DNA from: an uncultured Acinetobacter sp.
Lineage (GTDB): Bacteria; Pseudomonadota; Gammaproteobacteria; Pseudomonadales; Moraxellaceae
Direction of reading: 5' to 3'
Assembly (NCBI GenBank): GCA_913777945.1
Contig: CAJYTY010000031.1
Span: forward strand, 131,200 to 195,199
Length of the DNA stretch: 64,000 nucleotides
The notes under the pieces were generated by a model. That model had not been told where the DNA came from and did not search any database. It was given only the letters and a program-made list of their open reading frames with translations. This document shows positions 8,173-18,907 of this stretch, piece after piece. Made by a program: the position numbers and the translations under genes. Numbering within the stretch: position 1 is the stretch's first letter; the number at the start of each line of letters is the position of its first letter.

Positions 8173-8706
8173 ATGGCTAAATATTCTCAAGAATTTAAAC
8201 TTGAGGTTGTCCAATACTACTTATCTGGTTTTGGTAGAAGCCAAGTAAGTCATAAATTTGGTATACATCATAGTGATGTTGCTAAATGGGTGGCCATTTA
8301 TAATAAACATGGTGTTCATGCACTAAGCAGGAAAAATACAAATACTGTATATTCCCCTGACTTTAAATTTGAAGCTATTCGATCTGTTCTTAAACAGGGT
8401 TTATCTGTACGTGAAGCCACACATCAATTTAACTTAAAATCATACACACAGTTACTCAATTGGTTGCGCCAATACGAACAACACGGTATAGATGGTTTAG
8501 AAGCTAAGTCCAAGGGACGAAAAAAATCAGTGCCAAAGCCTAAGACAACAAGGGTCCGATGCACCTTGGAAGATCGAGACAAGACTCAAGAACAGTTACT
8601 AGAAGAGCTTGCATATCTACGCGCCGAGAACGCCTATTTAAAAAAGCGGAGAGCCTTGATTCAGAAGCAGAAAGAACAGGAACAAACCAAACAGCAACGG
8701 TTATAA
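8173..8706 (+). CDS. IS3 transposase OrfA (HTH)
   Basis: KYSQEFKLEVV, tandem HTH, ELAYLRAENAYLKK leucine zipper. Confidence 0.92.
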   Translation: MAKYSQEFKLEVVQYYLSGFGRSQVSHKFGIHHSDVAKWVAIYNKHGVHALSRKNTNTVYSPDFKFEAIRSVLKQGLSVREATHQFNLKSYTQLLNWLRQYEQHGIDGLEAKSKGRKKSVPKPKTTRVRCTLEDRDKTQEQLLEELAYLRAENAYLKKRRALIQKQKEQEQTKQQRL

Positions 8707-9551
8707 GATTCATTTCTGAATTAAGGCAAAGACACAAATTGAAATATCTATTACGCGCATCACAAATGGCTCGAAGTACTTACTTTTATCATGAGCAACG
8801 ATCAAAGCTTAACGATAAATACAGTGACCTTAAACAGCAAATTAAGGCGATCTATAATAAGCATAAAGGCAGGTATGGTTATCGTAGAATTACTCTTGCT
8901 TTGAGAAATATGGGATTAATAGTTAATCACAAATGTATACAAAGACTCATGCAGTTGATGAAGCTTAAATCACGTATCAGAATAACGAAATATCGTTCTT
9001 ATAAGGGGCAAGTAGGTCGAGTTGCAGATAATTTACTACAACGCCAATTTAAAGCTGACAAACCAAATCAGAAATGGGTAACGGATGTAACTGAGTTTAA
9101 TGTTCGGGGTGAGAAGCTTTATTTATCACCCATCATGGACTTATTCAATGGAGAAATTATAGCCTTTAAAACTCAACGTAGCCCAGTATATCGATTAGTG
9201 AAAGAGATGTTGGATGATGCGCTTATCCAGCTTACAGATGATGATAAGCCTATAATCCATTCAGATCAGGGCTGGCAGTACCAAATGCGTCATTATCAAC
9301 AGCAACTCAAACAGCACGGTTTAAGACAGAGTATGTCTCGTAAAGGTAACTGTTTGGACAATGCCTCAATGGAAAGCTTCTTTGGAATACTCAAATCAGA
9401 GTGTTTCTATGGTGAAAAATTTAATTCAGTTGAAGAATTGGAACAAACCGTGAAAGAATATATTCATTATTATAATCATGAAAGAATCAAGGTTAAATTA
9501 AAAGGACTAAGTCCTGTACAGTACAGAACTCAGTCCTTAGAAGCTGCTTAA
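8640..9551 (+). CDS. IS3 transposase OrfB (DDE), joined to OrfA by -1 frameshift
   Basis: A_AAA_AAG slippery site at 8640-8646. WVTDVTE, HSDQGWQY and DNASMESFFG motifs. Confidence 0.92.
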   Translation, partial: KKAESLDSEAERTGTNQTATVIRFISELRQRHKLKYLLRASQMARSTYFYHEQRSKLNDKYSDLKQQIKAIYNKHKGRYGYRRITLALRNMGLIVNHKCIQRLMQLMKLKSRIRITKYRSYKGQVGRVADNLLQRQFKADKPNQKWVTDVTEFNVRGEKLYLSPIMDLFNGEIIAFKTQRSPVYRLVKEMLDDALIQLTDDDKPIIHSDQGWQYQMRHYQQQLKQHGLRQSMSRKGNCLDNASMESFFGILKSECFYGEKFNSVEELEQTVKEYIHYYNHERIKVKLKGLSPVQYRTQSLEAA

Positions 9552-9608
9552 TTAACTGTCCAACTTAATGGGGTCAGTTCAAAATGGGCGGCTTTTTCTG
9601 TGGGTAAA

Positions 9609-10172
9609 TTAGATTTTACCAACAAGGTCGATAGAAGGAGCAAGTGTTGCTTCGCCTTCTTTCCATTTAGCTGGGCATACTTCACCTGGGTGAGCGTGAA
9701 CGTATTGCGCTGCTTTTACTTTACGAAGAAGTTCTTGAGCATCACGACCGATACCACCTGCGTTGATTTCAACGATTTGGATTTTACCTTCTGGGTCGAT
9801 CACGAATGTACCGCGGTCAGCAAGACCAGCAGATTCGATTAACACGTCAAAGTTTTTAGAAAGCGTCCAAGTTGGATCGCCTACTAATGGGTATTGGATT
9901 TTTTTGATTGCTTCTGAAGTGTCGTGCCAAGCTTTGTGTGTGAAATGCGTGTCAGTAGAAACACCATAAATTTCAACACCAAGGTTTTTGAATGCTTCGT
10001 AGTTGTCAGCCAAATCTTCTAATTCTGTTGGGCAAACAAAAGTAAAGTCTGCAGGATAGAAGAATACAACAGACCATTTGCCTTTAAGATCGGCTTCAGT
10101 GACTTCAACAAATTGACCTTGATGGTAAGCTGTTGCTTTAAATGGTTTAACTTCAGTATTAATTAAGCTCAT
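9609..10172 (-). CDS. ahpC: Alkyl hydroperoxide reductase subunit C
   Basis: [14 protein letters not shown] and GEVCPAKW motifs. Confidence 0.97.
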   Translation of the reverse strand: MSLINTEVKPFKATAYHQGQFVEVTEADLKGKWSVVFFYPADFTFVCPTELEDLADNYEAFKNLGVEIYGVSTDTHFTHKAWHDTSEAIKKIQYPLVGDPTWTLSKNFDVLIESAGLADRGTFVIDPEGKIQIVEINAGGIGRDAQELLRKVKAAQYVHAHPGEVCPAKWKEGEATLAPSIDLVGKI

Positions 10173-10256
10173 CAATTTCTCCATATATCATGAATGAGAT
10201 GTTATCGTTAACTTTAAAACTTAGAATAGAATAAAGAACTTTGATTTATTGGGGAA

Positions 10257-10293
10257 ATAGTATTTTTGCATAAACAATATCGGAAAAATGAAT
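10257..10293. promoter_or_regulatory. OxyR-type binding site upstream of ahpC
   Basis: ATAG-N7-GCAT-N7-ATCG-N7-GAAT fits the ATAG-N7-CTAT-N7-ATAG-N7-CTAT spacing. Confidence 0.65.
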
Positions 10294-10524
10294 TGAATAT
10301 ACAATTGCCTAACATTTCTCCATCCGATCGCTATTACAACTCTAGGCAAGTTGTATGATCGCTCTATGACAGCCTTCAGCACGCCGCATTCTTGTTTGTA
10401 TTGAGGCGTATGTGATTAATTTCAAGCGCATTCACAAAAAAAGAAATAGACTGAATGACTTTCGTTCATGCATATTCCCGCGTAAAATGGACGATCTATT
10501 GAAAATGATTAGGAATACTTATCT

Positions 10525-13500
10525 GTGCATAGTGGTTTAGATGTAGATCAAATGGTTATGGTGCGTGACCGACATCGCTTAAATCGACTAGGCAAGGGTA
10601 AAGATAAAAATCCAGAGCAATATCAGTCTTTATTTGAGAAATCTAATGCTCAAGTCAAAGCACGCCTAGCACGTTTACCCAACATTAAACTGAATCAGGA
10701 TCTGCCAGTTACCCAATATGCAGACCAATTGATTGCAGCAATTCAAAAACATCAGGTGATTATTGTAGCGGGTGAAACCGGCTCAGGAAAAACCACACAG
10801 TTACCTCAAATTGCTATGCTGGCTGGTCGTGGTCTTACTGGCATGATTGGTCATACGCAGCCGCGTCGTTTGGCAGCACGCAGCGTATCTCAGCGTATTG
10901 CAGAAGAAGTGGGCGAAAAGCTAGGCGAATCAATCGGTTTTAAAGTGCGCTTTAATGAGCAGGGTTCGAATGATTCCATCGTGCGCCTCATGACGGACGG
11001 TATCTTGCTGGCTGAGTTAGGACATGACCGCTTTTTAAATAAATACGACACCATCATCATCGATGAAGCGCATGAGCGTTCATTGAATATCGACTTTATT
11101 ATGGGTTATCTCAAACAAATTTTGAGCAAACGCCCTGATCTAAAAGTCATCATTACTTCGGCAACGCTAGATGTAAACCGTTTTAGTGCTTATTTTAATC
11201 ATGCACCCATTTTTGAAGTGGAAGGTCGAAGCTTTCCGGTTGAAGTCCGTTATCGCCCAATTTCTGAGCTAAGTATTGGCAGTAGTGATGACGATGAGTT
11301 TGATGATTTCGAAGAGAATTTACCGCGTGCAGTGGTACAGGCAGTCGAAGAATGCTTTGCCGATGCCGAAGAAAAAGGCCATCCACAGCATGCAGATATC
11401 CTGATTTTTTCAAGTACTGAACAGGAAATTCGAGAGTTACAAGAAACATTAGAAAAATATGGCCCGAAGCATACAGAAATTTTGCCGCTATACGCTCGTT
11501 TGGGTTTAAGCGAACAACAAAAGATTTTTACGCCGGGAAATAAAGGCCGTCGAATTATCATTTCGACCAACGTTGCCGAAACCGCGCTGACCGTACCCAA
11601 TATTCGCTATGTCATCGATAGCGGCTTTGCGCGAATTTCGCGCTATAACTATCGCTCTCGTGTACAGCGCTTACCCATAGAAGCCATTTCACAAGCCGCA
11701 GCAAATCAGCGTAAAGGACGCTGTGGTCGTATTGCGCCGGGTGTATGTATTCGTCTATACAGCGAAGAAGATTTTACTAGCCGTCCGGCCTTTACTGAGC
11801 CTGAAATTAAACGAACCAATTTGGCTTCGGTTATTTTACAGATGCAAAGCTTGGGCTTGGGGCGCGTTGAAGAATTTGATTTCATTGAACCGCCAGACCA
11901 CCGTTTAGTCAATGACGGACGCAAGCTTTTGGTCGAGCTGGGCGCGTTTAATGAACAAAAAGCCACACTGACTCAAGTTGGGCAAATCATGGCACGCATG
12001 CCGATCGATCCGCGTTTGGCGCGTATGATTGTCGGCGGTTCTCATTTTGGCGTGTTGAACGAAATTTTGGTGGTGGTGAGTGCCCTGGCGGTACAAGATC
12101 CGCGTGAGCGTCCTGCCGACAAACAAGTGCAAGCCGATCAGAAACATGCGTTGTTTCGTGAAGCTGACTCTGACTTTTTGTTTTATCTTAAACTCTGGGA
12201 TACCTTAAAAAATAGCCCGGAAACATCGAGTGAAAATAAACGTCGTCATTTTGCTCGTCAGCATTTTCTGAGCTGGTTACGTTTGCGCGAGTGGAAGCAA
12301 ACCCATGCACAATTGGTCGATCTGGCAAAAGGCTTAAATTTATCTTTTAATGAAAAAACTGCCACCTATGAAAATTTGCATCGCGCACTGCTAACAGGCT
12401 TGCTGTCGTTTATTGCCAATAAAACCGATGAACGAAACATTTATATGGCTGTGCGCCAGCAAAAAGCCAAAGTGTTTCCAGCGAGTACGCTGCACAAATC
12501 GAATACGGCATGGGTCATGGCCTTCGAAATGGTCGAAACCTCACAGGTGTATTTAAGAACTTTGGCCAAAATCGATCCAGAATGGATATTGCTTGCGGCA
12601 CGAGATTTACTGAAATATCACTACTACGAGCCACATTGGTCGAAAAAAACAGGCTTGGTACAAGCTTATGCACAAATTTCGTTGTTTGGCCTGATTGTAG
12701 AGCCAAAGCGACTGGTCAATTTCGAAAAAGTCGATCATCCTGCCGCGCGTGAAATTTTCCTTCGTGATGCGCTCACGACTGGCAATTTAGGCATCACGCC
12801 ACCATTTTTAAAGCATAATTTACTTAAGCTCGAAGAAGTTGAGCGAGTTGAAGACAAGTTGCGTCGCCGTGATTTAGTGGTTGATGAAGAAACAGTCTAT
12901 CAATTTTACGCCGAACGTGTTCCTGCCGAAATAGCAAGTCGACGTAGTTTTGAAGATTGGCGTGCAACGGTTGAACCCAAACAGCCCCGTTATTTGTTTA
13001 TTGATGACGATGCGCTCTGGCAAAATGATCGACCAACCACGCAACAATTTCCGGATTATTTGCAAAATGGTGAACTCCGTCTCGCTACTAGTTATCGTTT
13101 CGATCCGAGTCATGATGAAGACGGTGCAACGGTTAAAATTCCAGTGCAGGCACTGCCACAAGTGGATGAAAATCGTTGGTCTTGGGGGATACCGGGTTGG
13201 CGTCTGGATTTAATCGAAGCTTTGCTTAAATCTTTACCTAAAGACAAGCGTCGTCATTTGGTTCCCATTCCCGATACAGCCAAAAAACTGATGCAATCAG
13301 TTGATGCTGTCCATTTAAATCAGCATATCTTTAAATTTTTGGCTTTTGCACTTCGTGGCGAAGAGATCACCGAAAAAGATTTCTCTTTTGAGCGAATTGA
13401 GCAGTATCTGGTGCCGTTTATTGTGGTGACCGATGAAAAAGGGCGTATTCTTGAAAAAGGACGCGACCTTGCTGAACTCAAAGCGCGTTGTCGTACCGAA

Positions 13501-14379
13501 ACTCATCGTCCAGTGAAACAGTTGAAAGGCGAGTTTCAACAATTTCCTGACAACTTCGTATTTGAAGCATCGCAGAAAGTAACGGGTGTGGTGGTAAAGC
13601 AGTATCAGGCCTTGGTACCTGCTAAAGCTTTTACTGCACTCGAGCAAAAAGATGAATCTGGCGTGGTCATTCAAACCTTTAACGATCAGCATGAAGCGAT
13701 TAAGCAGCATCGTGAAGGTGTGATTCGCCTGATTCATATGCAGTTGGGGGATTTAACTCGCCAGTTGAAAAAGCAGATTTCCAAACCGCTTTTCTTGGCC
13801 TATTCACCTTTGGGTGAAAAAGCCAAACTCGAGCAAATGCTGGTGTATGCGACACTTCAGCTCAGCATCGATACCTTACCAGTCAATAAGGCTGAGTTTG
13901 AAGCACTGCTTAAACAGGTCAAACAGCAGTTCTTAACGCATGGACAGCAGGCTTTAGAAGTGATTTCCGATATCTTTGTTCAGTGGCAAGACATTCGTCG
14001 TCAACTGATGATGCTGGATGGCGATATTTTTGGTCGTAGCATTGACGATATTGAAGATCAGCTGGATTTAATGCAGCTTAGCGACTTTGTGTATACGCAA
14101 GGGTCAGAGGTTTGGCTTGAATATCCACGTTATTTAAAAGCATTATTAATGCGTTTAGATCGTTTACCCAATAATTTAAAGCGTGATGAGTCGGCCATTG
14201 CCGATGTTGACCCTTGGATGGATAAGCTGTTTAAGTTTAAGCACAAACCTGAACTTAAAGAGATTTATTTTATGGTTGAAGAACTGAGAATCTCACTGTT
14301 TTCACAACCTATGAAAACCAAGATGCCAGTGTCATCATCACGTCTGCAAAAAGCTTGGCAGCGTTTAGGAATTCAATAA
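10525..14379 (+). CDS. hrpA: ATP-dependent RNA helicase HrpA
   Basis: GETGSGKTTQ, DEAH, SAT and QRKGRCGR motifs; 1284 aa. Confidence 0.95.
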   Translation: MHSGLDVDQMVMVRDRHRLNRLGKGKDKNPEQYQSLFEKSNAQVKARLARLPNIKLNQDLPVTQYADQLIAAIQKHQVIIVAGETGSGKTTQLPQIAMLAGRGLTGMIGHTQPRRLAARSVSQRIAEEVGEKLGESIGFKVRFNEQGSNDSIVRLMTDGILLAELGHDRFLNKYDTIIIDEAHERSLNIDFIMGYLKQILSKRPDLKVIITSATLDVNRFSAYFNHAPIFEVEGRSFPVEVRYRPISELSIGSSDDDEFDDFEENLPRAVVQAVEECFADAEEKGHPQHADILIFSSTEQEIRELQETLEKYGPKHTEILPLYARLGLSEQQKIFTPGNKGRRIIISTNVAETALTVPNIRYVIDSGFARISRYNYRSRVQRLPIEAISQAAANQRKGRCGRIAPGVCIRLYSEEDFTSRPAFTEPEIKRTNLASVILQMQSLGLGRVEEFDFIEPPDHRLVNDGRKLLVELGAFNEQKATLTQVGQIMARMPIDPRLARMIVGGSHFGVLNEILVVVSALAVQDPRERPADKQVQADQKHALFREADSDFLFYLKLWDTLKNSPETSSENKRRHFARQHFLSWLRLREWKQTHAQLVDLAKGLNLSFNEKTATYENLHRALLTGLLSFIANKTDERNIYMAVRQQKAKVFPASTLHKSNTAWVMAFEMVETSQVYLRTLAKIDPEWILLAARDLLKYHYYEPHWSKKTGLVQAYAQISLFGLIVEPKRLVNFEKVDHPAAREIFLRDALTTGNLGITPPFLKHNLLKLEEVERVEDKLRRRDLVVDEETVYQFYAERVPAEIASRRSFEDWRATVEPKQPRYLFIDDDALWQNDRPTTQQFPDYLQNGELRLATSYRFDPSHDEDGATVKIPVQALPQVDENRWSWGIPGWRLDLIEALLKSLPKDKRRHLVPIPDTAKKLMQSVDAVHLNQHIFKFLAFALRGEEITEKDFSFERIEQYLVPFIVVTDEKGRILEKGRDLAELKARCRTETHRPVKQLKGEFQQFPDNFVFEASQKVTGVVVKQYQALVPAKAFTALEQKDESGVVIQTFNDQHEAIKQHREGVIRLIHMQLGDLTRQLKKQISKPLFLAYSPLGEKAKLEQMLVYATLQLSIDTLPVNKAEFEALLKQVKQQFLTHGQQALEVISDIFVQWQDIRRQLMMLDGDIFGRSIDDIEDQLDLMQLSDFVYTQGSEVWLEYPRYLKALLMRLDRLPNNLKRDESAIADVDPWMDKLFKFKHKPELKEIYFMVEELRISLFSQPMKTKMPVSSSRLQKAWQRLGIQ

Positions 14380-14406
14380 TCCCCGCATTCTCATAAGGAG
14401 TTTTAC

Positions 14407-15516
14407 ATGGGCGTACGTATTACCGGTACAGGTTTGTACCATCCAGCCGAATCGATTAGTAATCAAGAACTGGTCGAAAGTCTTAATGCCTATGTAGAAC
14501 AGTATAATCAGGACAATGCTGAGAAAATCGCTGCGGGTGAGTTGCCAGAGCGTTTAGGCTCAAGTGCTGAGTTTATTGAGAAAGCATCAGGGATTCAGCG
14601 CCGTTACGTGATTGAAAAATCAGGTGTACTTGATCCATCACGCTTGCGCCCACGCCTTGAAGAACGTACCGATGACGAGCTTTCGATTCAAGCCGAATGG
14701 GGCGTGTGGGCAGCAAAGGATGCCATGACCAATGCGGGGGTAGCTCCGGAAGATATCGATGTCGTGATTTTGGCATGCTCTAATTTGCAGCGTGCCTATC
14801 CGGCAGTTGCTGTAGAAATACAGACGGCGCTCGGGATCGAAGGATATGCCTATGATATGAATGTGGCATGTTCGGCGGCAACGTTTGGCTTAAAACAGGC
14901 ATATGATGCCATTAAGTCTGGCGCGCGCCGTGTGCTACTGGTCAATGTTGAAATTACTTCAGGCCATACCGACTATCGTTCACGCGATTGTCACTTTATT
15001 TTTGGTGATGTTGCTACGGCATCGATTATTGAGGACACCGAAACTAAAAATGGGTTTGAGATTTTAGATATCCATTTGTTTACCCAGTTTTCCAATAATA
15101 TTCGCAACAACTTCGGCTTTTTAAATCGAAGCGAAGATGCGGTACGTGATGACAAGCAGTTCCGACAAGATGGCCGTAAAGTATTTAAGGAAGTGTGTCC
15201 TTTGGTGGCAAAAATCATCAGTACACAACTTGAAAAAAACCAAATTGAAGCTGAGTCGATCAAGCGTTTCTGGTTGCATCAGGCCAATCTGAACATGAAT
15301 CAGCTGATTGCCAAACTGGTATTGGGTAAAGATGCTGAACCTGAGCGCACACCTATTATCTTAGATGAATTTGCCAACACGTCATCTGCGGGAGTAATGA
15401 TTGCGCTGCATCGTACGGGTCATGAGGTCGAATCAGATGAATATGGCGTAATCTGTTCATTTGGTGCGGGTTATTCTGTTGGATCGATCTTGGTTCAAAA
15501 GCGACTAGCAAGCTAA
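14407..15516 (+). CDS. fabH: Beta-ketoacyl-ACP synthase III
   Basis: [18 protein letters not shown] and SFGAG motifs. Confidence 0.85.
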   Translation: MGVRITGTGLYHPAESISNQELVESLNAYVEQYNQDNAEKIAAGELPERLGSSAEFIEKASGIQRRYVIEKSGVLDPSRLRPRLEERTDDELSIQAEWGVWAAKDAMTNAGVAPEDIDVVILACSNLQRAYPAVAVEIQTALGIEGYAYDMNVACSAATFGLKQAYDAIKSGARRVLLVNVEITSGHTDYRSRDCHFIFGDVATASIIEDTETKNGFEILDIHLFTQFSNNIRNNFGFLNRSEDAVRDDKQFRQDGRKVFKEVCPLVAKIISTQLEKNQIEAESIKRFWLHQANLNMNQLIAKLVLGKDAEPERTPIILDEFANTSSAGVMIALHRTGHEVESDEYGVICSFGAGYSVGSILVQKRLAS

Positions 15517-15519
15517 TTA

Positions 15520-15565
15520 TTAGCGCATAAAAAATCCCGCCGATGCGGGATTTTTTATGCGCTAA
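15520..15565. terminator. Bidirectional terminator with a perfect 21-bp stem
   Basis: ttagcgcataaaaaatcccgc-cgat-gcgggattttttatgcgctaa between convergent genes. Confidence 0.9.
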
Positions 15566-15568
15566 GCG

Positions 15569-17239
15569 TTACTGAATAAAAGCTTTAACGCTGATGAGTG
15601 TACGATAAATGCCCCAGAGTAATGGAATACCCACCGCTAGCCATGCCAATACCACCAGTAACAGGTGATTGTTACTTGAAGTACTCGATTCAGTCAGAAT
15701 CGCACTCGATACTTGTTGATTTTCATGATGTTTTTCGGCACTTTTTTGCTCTGCTTCAAGTTCGGCTGGCGTCATGAAATACTTGGGATTGACCGGACGA
15801 ATACATAGGTTACAAATTAAACCCACAATTAATAAGCCTGCCAAAATAAACATGGTCTGGTTATAGACTTGGCTCGCTACAAGGCCTAAACCAAGTTGAT
15901 AGTCACGCATATTATTCACAATCACAGGCCCTAAAATACCGGCGGTAGCCCATGCGGTGAGTAATCGACCATGAATTGCGCCAACCATTTGGGTGCCAAA
16001 TAAATCGGCCAGATAAGCCGGAACTGTTGCAAATCCACCTCCGTACATACTGATGATGATACAGATCGCCCCAACAAATAACAGCTTACTTTCCATTTGC
16101 GCTGCAAACGGTACAAAAGCGTATAAAGCCGCACCTAAAATAAAAAATACGCTATAGGTGGCTTTACGCCCGATACGATCGGATAAACTGGCCCACGCAA
16201 TCCGACCCCCAATATTAAATAGACTCAGCAATGCAGTGAAGCCGGCAGCGATTGCTGCAATAGTTTTGAGCTGATCTTGACTAAGTTCTGAAAATTTTAA
16301 AGGTAGCCCAATTAACTGACCCGCAAAAACCTCCTGAAGCATGGGTGAAGCCATGCCAATCACGCCAATCCCCGCGGAAACGTTCATGCAGAGTACCGCC
16401 CAGACCAGCCAGAACTGAGGGATGCCCCAGATCTTTTTAACATGTACATGTTGTTTGGTAATAAATGCATTTTGCTGCATTTTGGTGCTCGGTTCCCAAC
16501 CTGCAGGTTTCCAGTTTTGTGCCGGAATTCGGTAAGTCAGTGCACCCGCAACCATAAATACAAAATAGACCAGCGCCATGCAAACAAAAGTCGCTGCCAC
16601 GCCCACATTGGTTGGTGTTGAAAAGTGTGCCATTAATTCGACTGCAAGAGGTGAACCAATCATGGCACCGCCACCAAAGCCCATAATCGCCAAGCCTGTT
16701 GCCAAACCGCGGCGGTCGGGGAACCATTTAATTAGTGTACTGACGGGAGAGATATAACCCAAACCCAAGCCAATTCCGCCAATCACGCCTGATCCTAAAA
16801 GCATCAACCAGAATTGATGTAAATGAATGCCGAGCGCAGAAATCAGCATACCGCCACACCAGCACAGCGCACTAATCAGTCCAGCCTTTCGTGGGCCAAC
16901 GCGCTCTAACCATCCCCCCCAAATTGCAGCGGAGCTCCCCAGCAAAACAAAAAACAGCGTATACATCCAGCCGAGCGTCGAGATTTTCCAGTCACAAGTG
17001 GTAATAAACAATTGCTGAAAAAAGCCGACATCGGCAGGACAAGCGACAGGATCTTCAATTCCAATTGCTTTGGAGAGCGGTAGCCAGAACACCGAAAATC
17101 CATAGGCCATACCAATACACAGATGAATGGCAAGAGCGGCAGGAGGGACGAGCCAGCGATTAAAATCTGGCTTTGCAATGATTCTTTGCTTAGAAAGAAA
17201 GGGGGGCTGAGCGCCAGAGGTTGAATCTGTTGTTGCCAT
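15569..17239 (-). CDS. OFA-family (oxalate:formate antiporter-like) MFS transporter
   Basis: YISPVSTLIKWFPDRRGLATG and SLSDRIGRK motifs; many TM segments. Confidence 0.9.
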   Translation of the reverse strand: MATTDSTSGAQPPFLSKQRIIAKPDFNRWLVPPAALAIHLCIGMAYGFSVFWLPLSKAIGIEDPVACPADVGFFQQLFITTCDWKISTLGWMYTLFFVLLGSSAAIWGGWLERVGPRKAGLISALCWCGGMLISALGIHLHQFWLMLLGSGVIGGIGLGLGYISPVSTLIKWFPDRRGLATGLAIMGFGGGAMIGSPLAVELMAHFSTPTNVGVAATFVCMALVYFVFMVAGALTYRIPAQNWKPAGWEPSTKMQQNAFITKQHVHVKKIWGIPQFWLVWAVLCMNVSAGIGVIGMASPMLQEVFAGQLIGLPLKFSELSQDQLKTIAAIAAGFTALLSLFNIGGRIAWASLSDRIGRKATYSVFFILGAALYAFVPFAAQMESKLLFVGAICIIISMYGGGFATVPAYLADLFGTQMVGAIHGRLLTAWATAGILGPVIVNNMRDYQLGLGLVASQVYNQTMFILAGLLIVGLICNLCIRPVNPKYFMTPAELEAEQKSAEKHHENQQVSSAILTESSTSSNNHLLLVVLAWLAVGIPLLWGIYRTLISVKAFIQ

Positions 17240-17779
17240 AACGTGATTTCCCTATTTTATTTGCTTCGATATACGTCATAGTTTGGCCTTTGTCGATGAT
17301 TATTTATTGAGATCTGATTGAAAATCTGGTTGTTAGTATCGACAAATCTTAAAATTTTTTGGTGCAGACATGGAGTAGACGATTTTTCCATCATACAGGG
17401 AGTTTAAAAATAAGGAATCTTAAAAATATTGAGAATGTGATTCTATTTAGAGTCGTAAGAATTCATCAAAATTATTATAAATTAATGTTTTAAACTATTT
17501 TTTTTATCAAGATATAAAAATTAGATCAAGAATAATCAAAAAAACAATGATGAATATCGCGGCGTAGTGAAATGAGTACCGCTAAACCCAAATGATGTCG
17601 ATTTTCCTTACTTAACTCATCATCCCACAATTAAGGCATCATTCTAAATGAATAAAGTATCTAATTTGCCTAAAAAAGCAACTAACTCAATGAAATTATA
17701 AAGAAAAAATTGACAATATAACAACAAAGTGTAAAGTTTTGTTTCTAAATTTTTACAACATGTAATCATTGAGTTTGAA

Positions 17780-18280
17780 ATGAAAAAAACATTCATTGCG
17801 TCTTTATTGGCAGTCACTGCAACGTTCACAGGATGTGCAACCATTATTACGGGTTCAACCCAAACGATGTCATTTAAAAGCGTACCAGAAATTGCAACGA
17901 TCACGATCACCAATAAAAAAGGTGAAAAAGTGCATATGGGACAAACTCCTGCGACTGTAACTCTGAAAAAAAGCGCCGGTTTTTTCCAGCCTGAAAACTA
18001 TCAAGTCTCATTTTCTAAAGATGGATATCAAACTCAAACCATGCAAGTTAAGTCACGCTTAAATGGCTGGTATTTCGGTAATATTATTTTTGGTGGTCTG
18101 ATTGGAATATTGGTTGTAGATCCAATGACTGGCGCCATGTTTACTTTAAGCCCTAAAGATGTGAATGCAGTATTGGCAAGTAATGGCATTGATACTGCAA
18201 AAAATGAAAAAACACTTGCAGTGATTTTAAAACAAAATGTGCCTGAACAGGTGATGGCACGTTCAACCAAACTAAACTGA
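17780..18280 (+). CDS. Lipoprotein, PEGA-like domain
   Basis: Lipobox FTGC, GQTPATVTL, hydrophobic GNIIFGGLIGILVVDP segment. Confidence 0.75.
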   Translation: MKKTFIASLLAVTATFTGCATIITGSTQTMSFKSVPEIATITITNKKGEKVHMGQTPATVTLKKSAGFFQPENYQVSFSKDGYQTQTMQVKSRLNGWYFGNIIFGGLIGILVVDPMTGAMFTLSPKDVNAVLASNGIDTAKNEKTLAVILKQNVPEQVMARSTKLN

Positions 18281-18286
18281 TACAAG

Positions 18287-18315
18287 ATACCCGCCTTCGA
18301 GCGGGTATTTTTTTT
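18287..18315 (+). terminator. Intrinsic terminator
   Basis: atacccgc-cttcga-gcgggtat followed by a T-run. Confidence 0.8.
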
Positions 18316-18411
18316 ATGAATCAATTGAGAGTTGTTTAAACAAGTTGCTACAAATCGAGTAGTGTTAGATGAAAAGTCATCTTATACTCAAGCTTTTAAG
18401 CCACTCACATC

Positions 18412-18846
18412 ATGATGAAACGTCATAGTCTCGCGCTTTTGCTCCTTAGTTTATCGCTTACTGCATGTGATCGTTCACCAGAACAACCTGAGCCAAAGAC
18501 ATCGGCAGATCATGTATCGAACGCAGCGCATTCGGCCTCTGCACCGATGCACAGCTCCGAAGCTGTTCAAGCACAAAAGGCGCCAAAAGCAATTAACTAT
18601 CAGGCCCAGTTTGAACAATCGGACAAACAAATTAGTCATTTTATGGACTTACTCGACAATCCCAATACTTCGCAAACCCAGCGCGTCCAGATTTTATGCG
18701 TCGATTGGCCCAATGTTTATAAATCTGAATACATACCGGCGCTGGTTCATTTAAAGCCAAATCAGTTTAATGAAACCAAATTGTTGGCAGAGCTCAAAAC
18801 CGCGACGGATTACTATAAAGAAGGTTCTGGAATTGTATGTAAGTAA
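18412..18846 (+). CDS. Hypothetical lipoprotein
   Basis: Lipobox LTAC followed by a low-complexity linker. Confidence 0.7.
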   Translation: MMKRHSLALLLLSLSLTACDRSPEQPEPKTSADHVSNAAHSASAPMHSSEAVQAQKAPKAINYQAQFEQSDKQISHFMDLLDNPNTSQTQRVQILCVDWPNVYKSEYIPALVHLKPNQFNETKLLAELKTATDYYKEGSGIVCK

Positions 18847-18907
18847 CTTGGCACTGCACTGGTAGCTCGTTAAATGAGTTAAGTTCAATTTTAATTTTAC
18901 TGAGTGA

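Larger units (their letters stand above)
8118..9581 (+). mobile_element. IS3-family (IS150-group-like) insertion sequence, apparently intact
   Basis: TG...CA ends. IRL TGAATTGCACCCCGAAAGTTGGACA; IRR reverse complement TGAACTGACCCCATTAAGTTGGACA. AAA 3-bp target duplication (8115-8117, 9582-9584). Confidence 0.95.

Noticed and set aside
8559-8640. ATG at 8559 as the OrfB start
   Set aside because: The A6G frameshift site at 8640-8646 explains OrfB expression, as is standard for the IS3 family.
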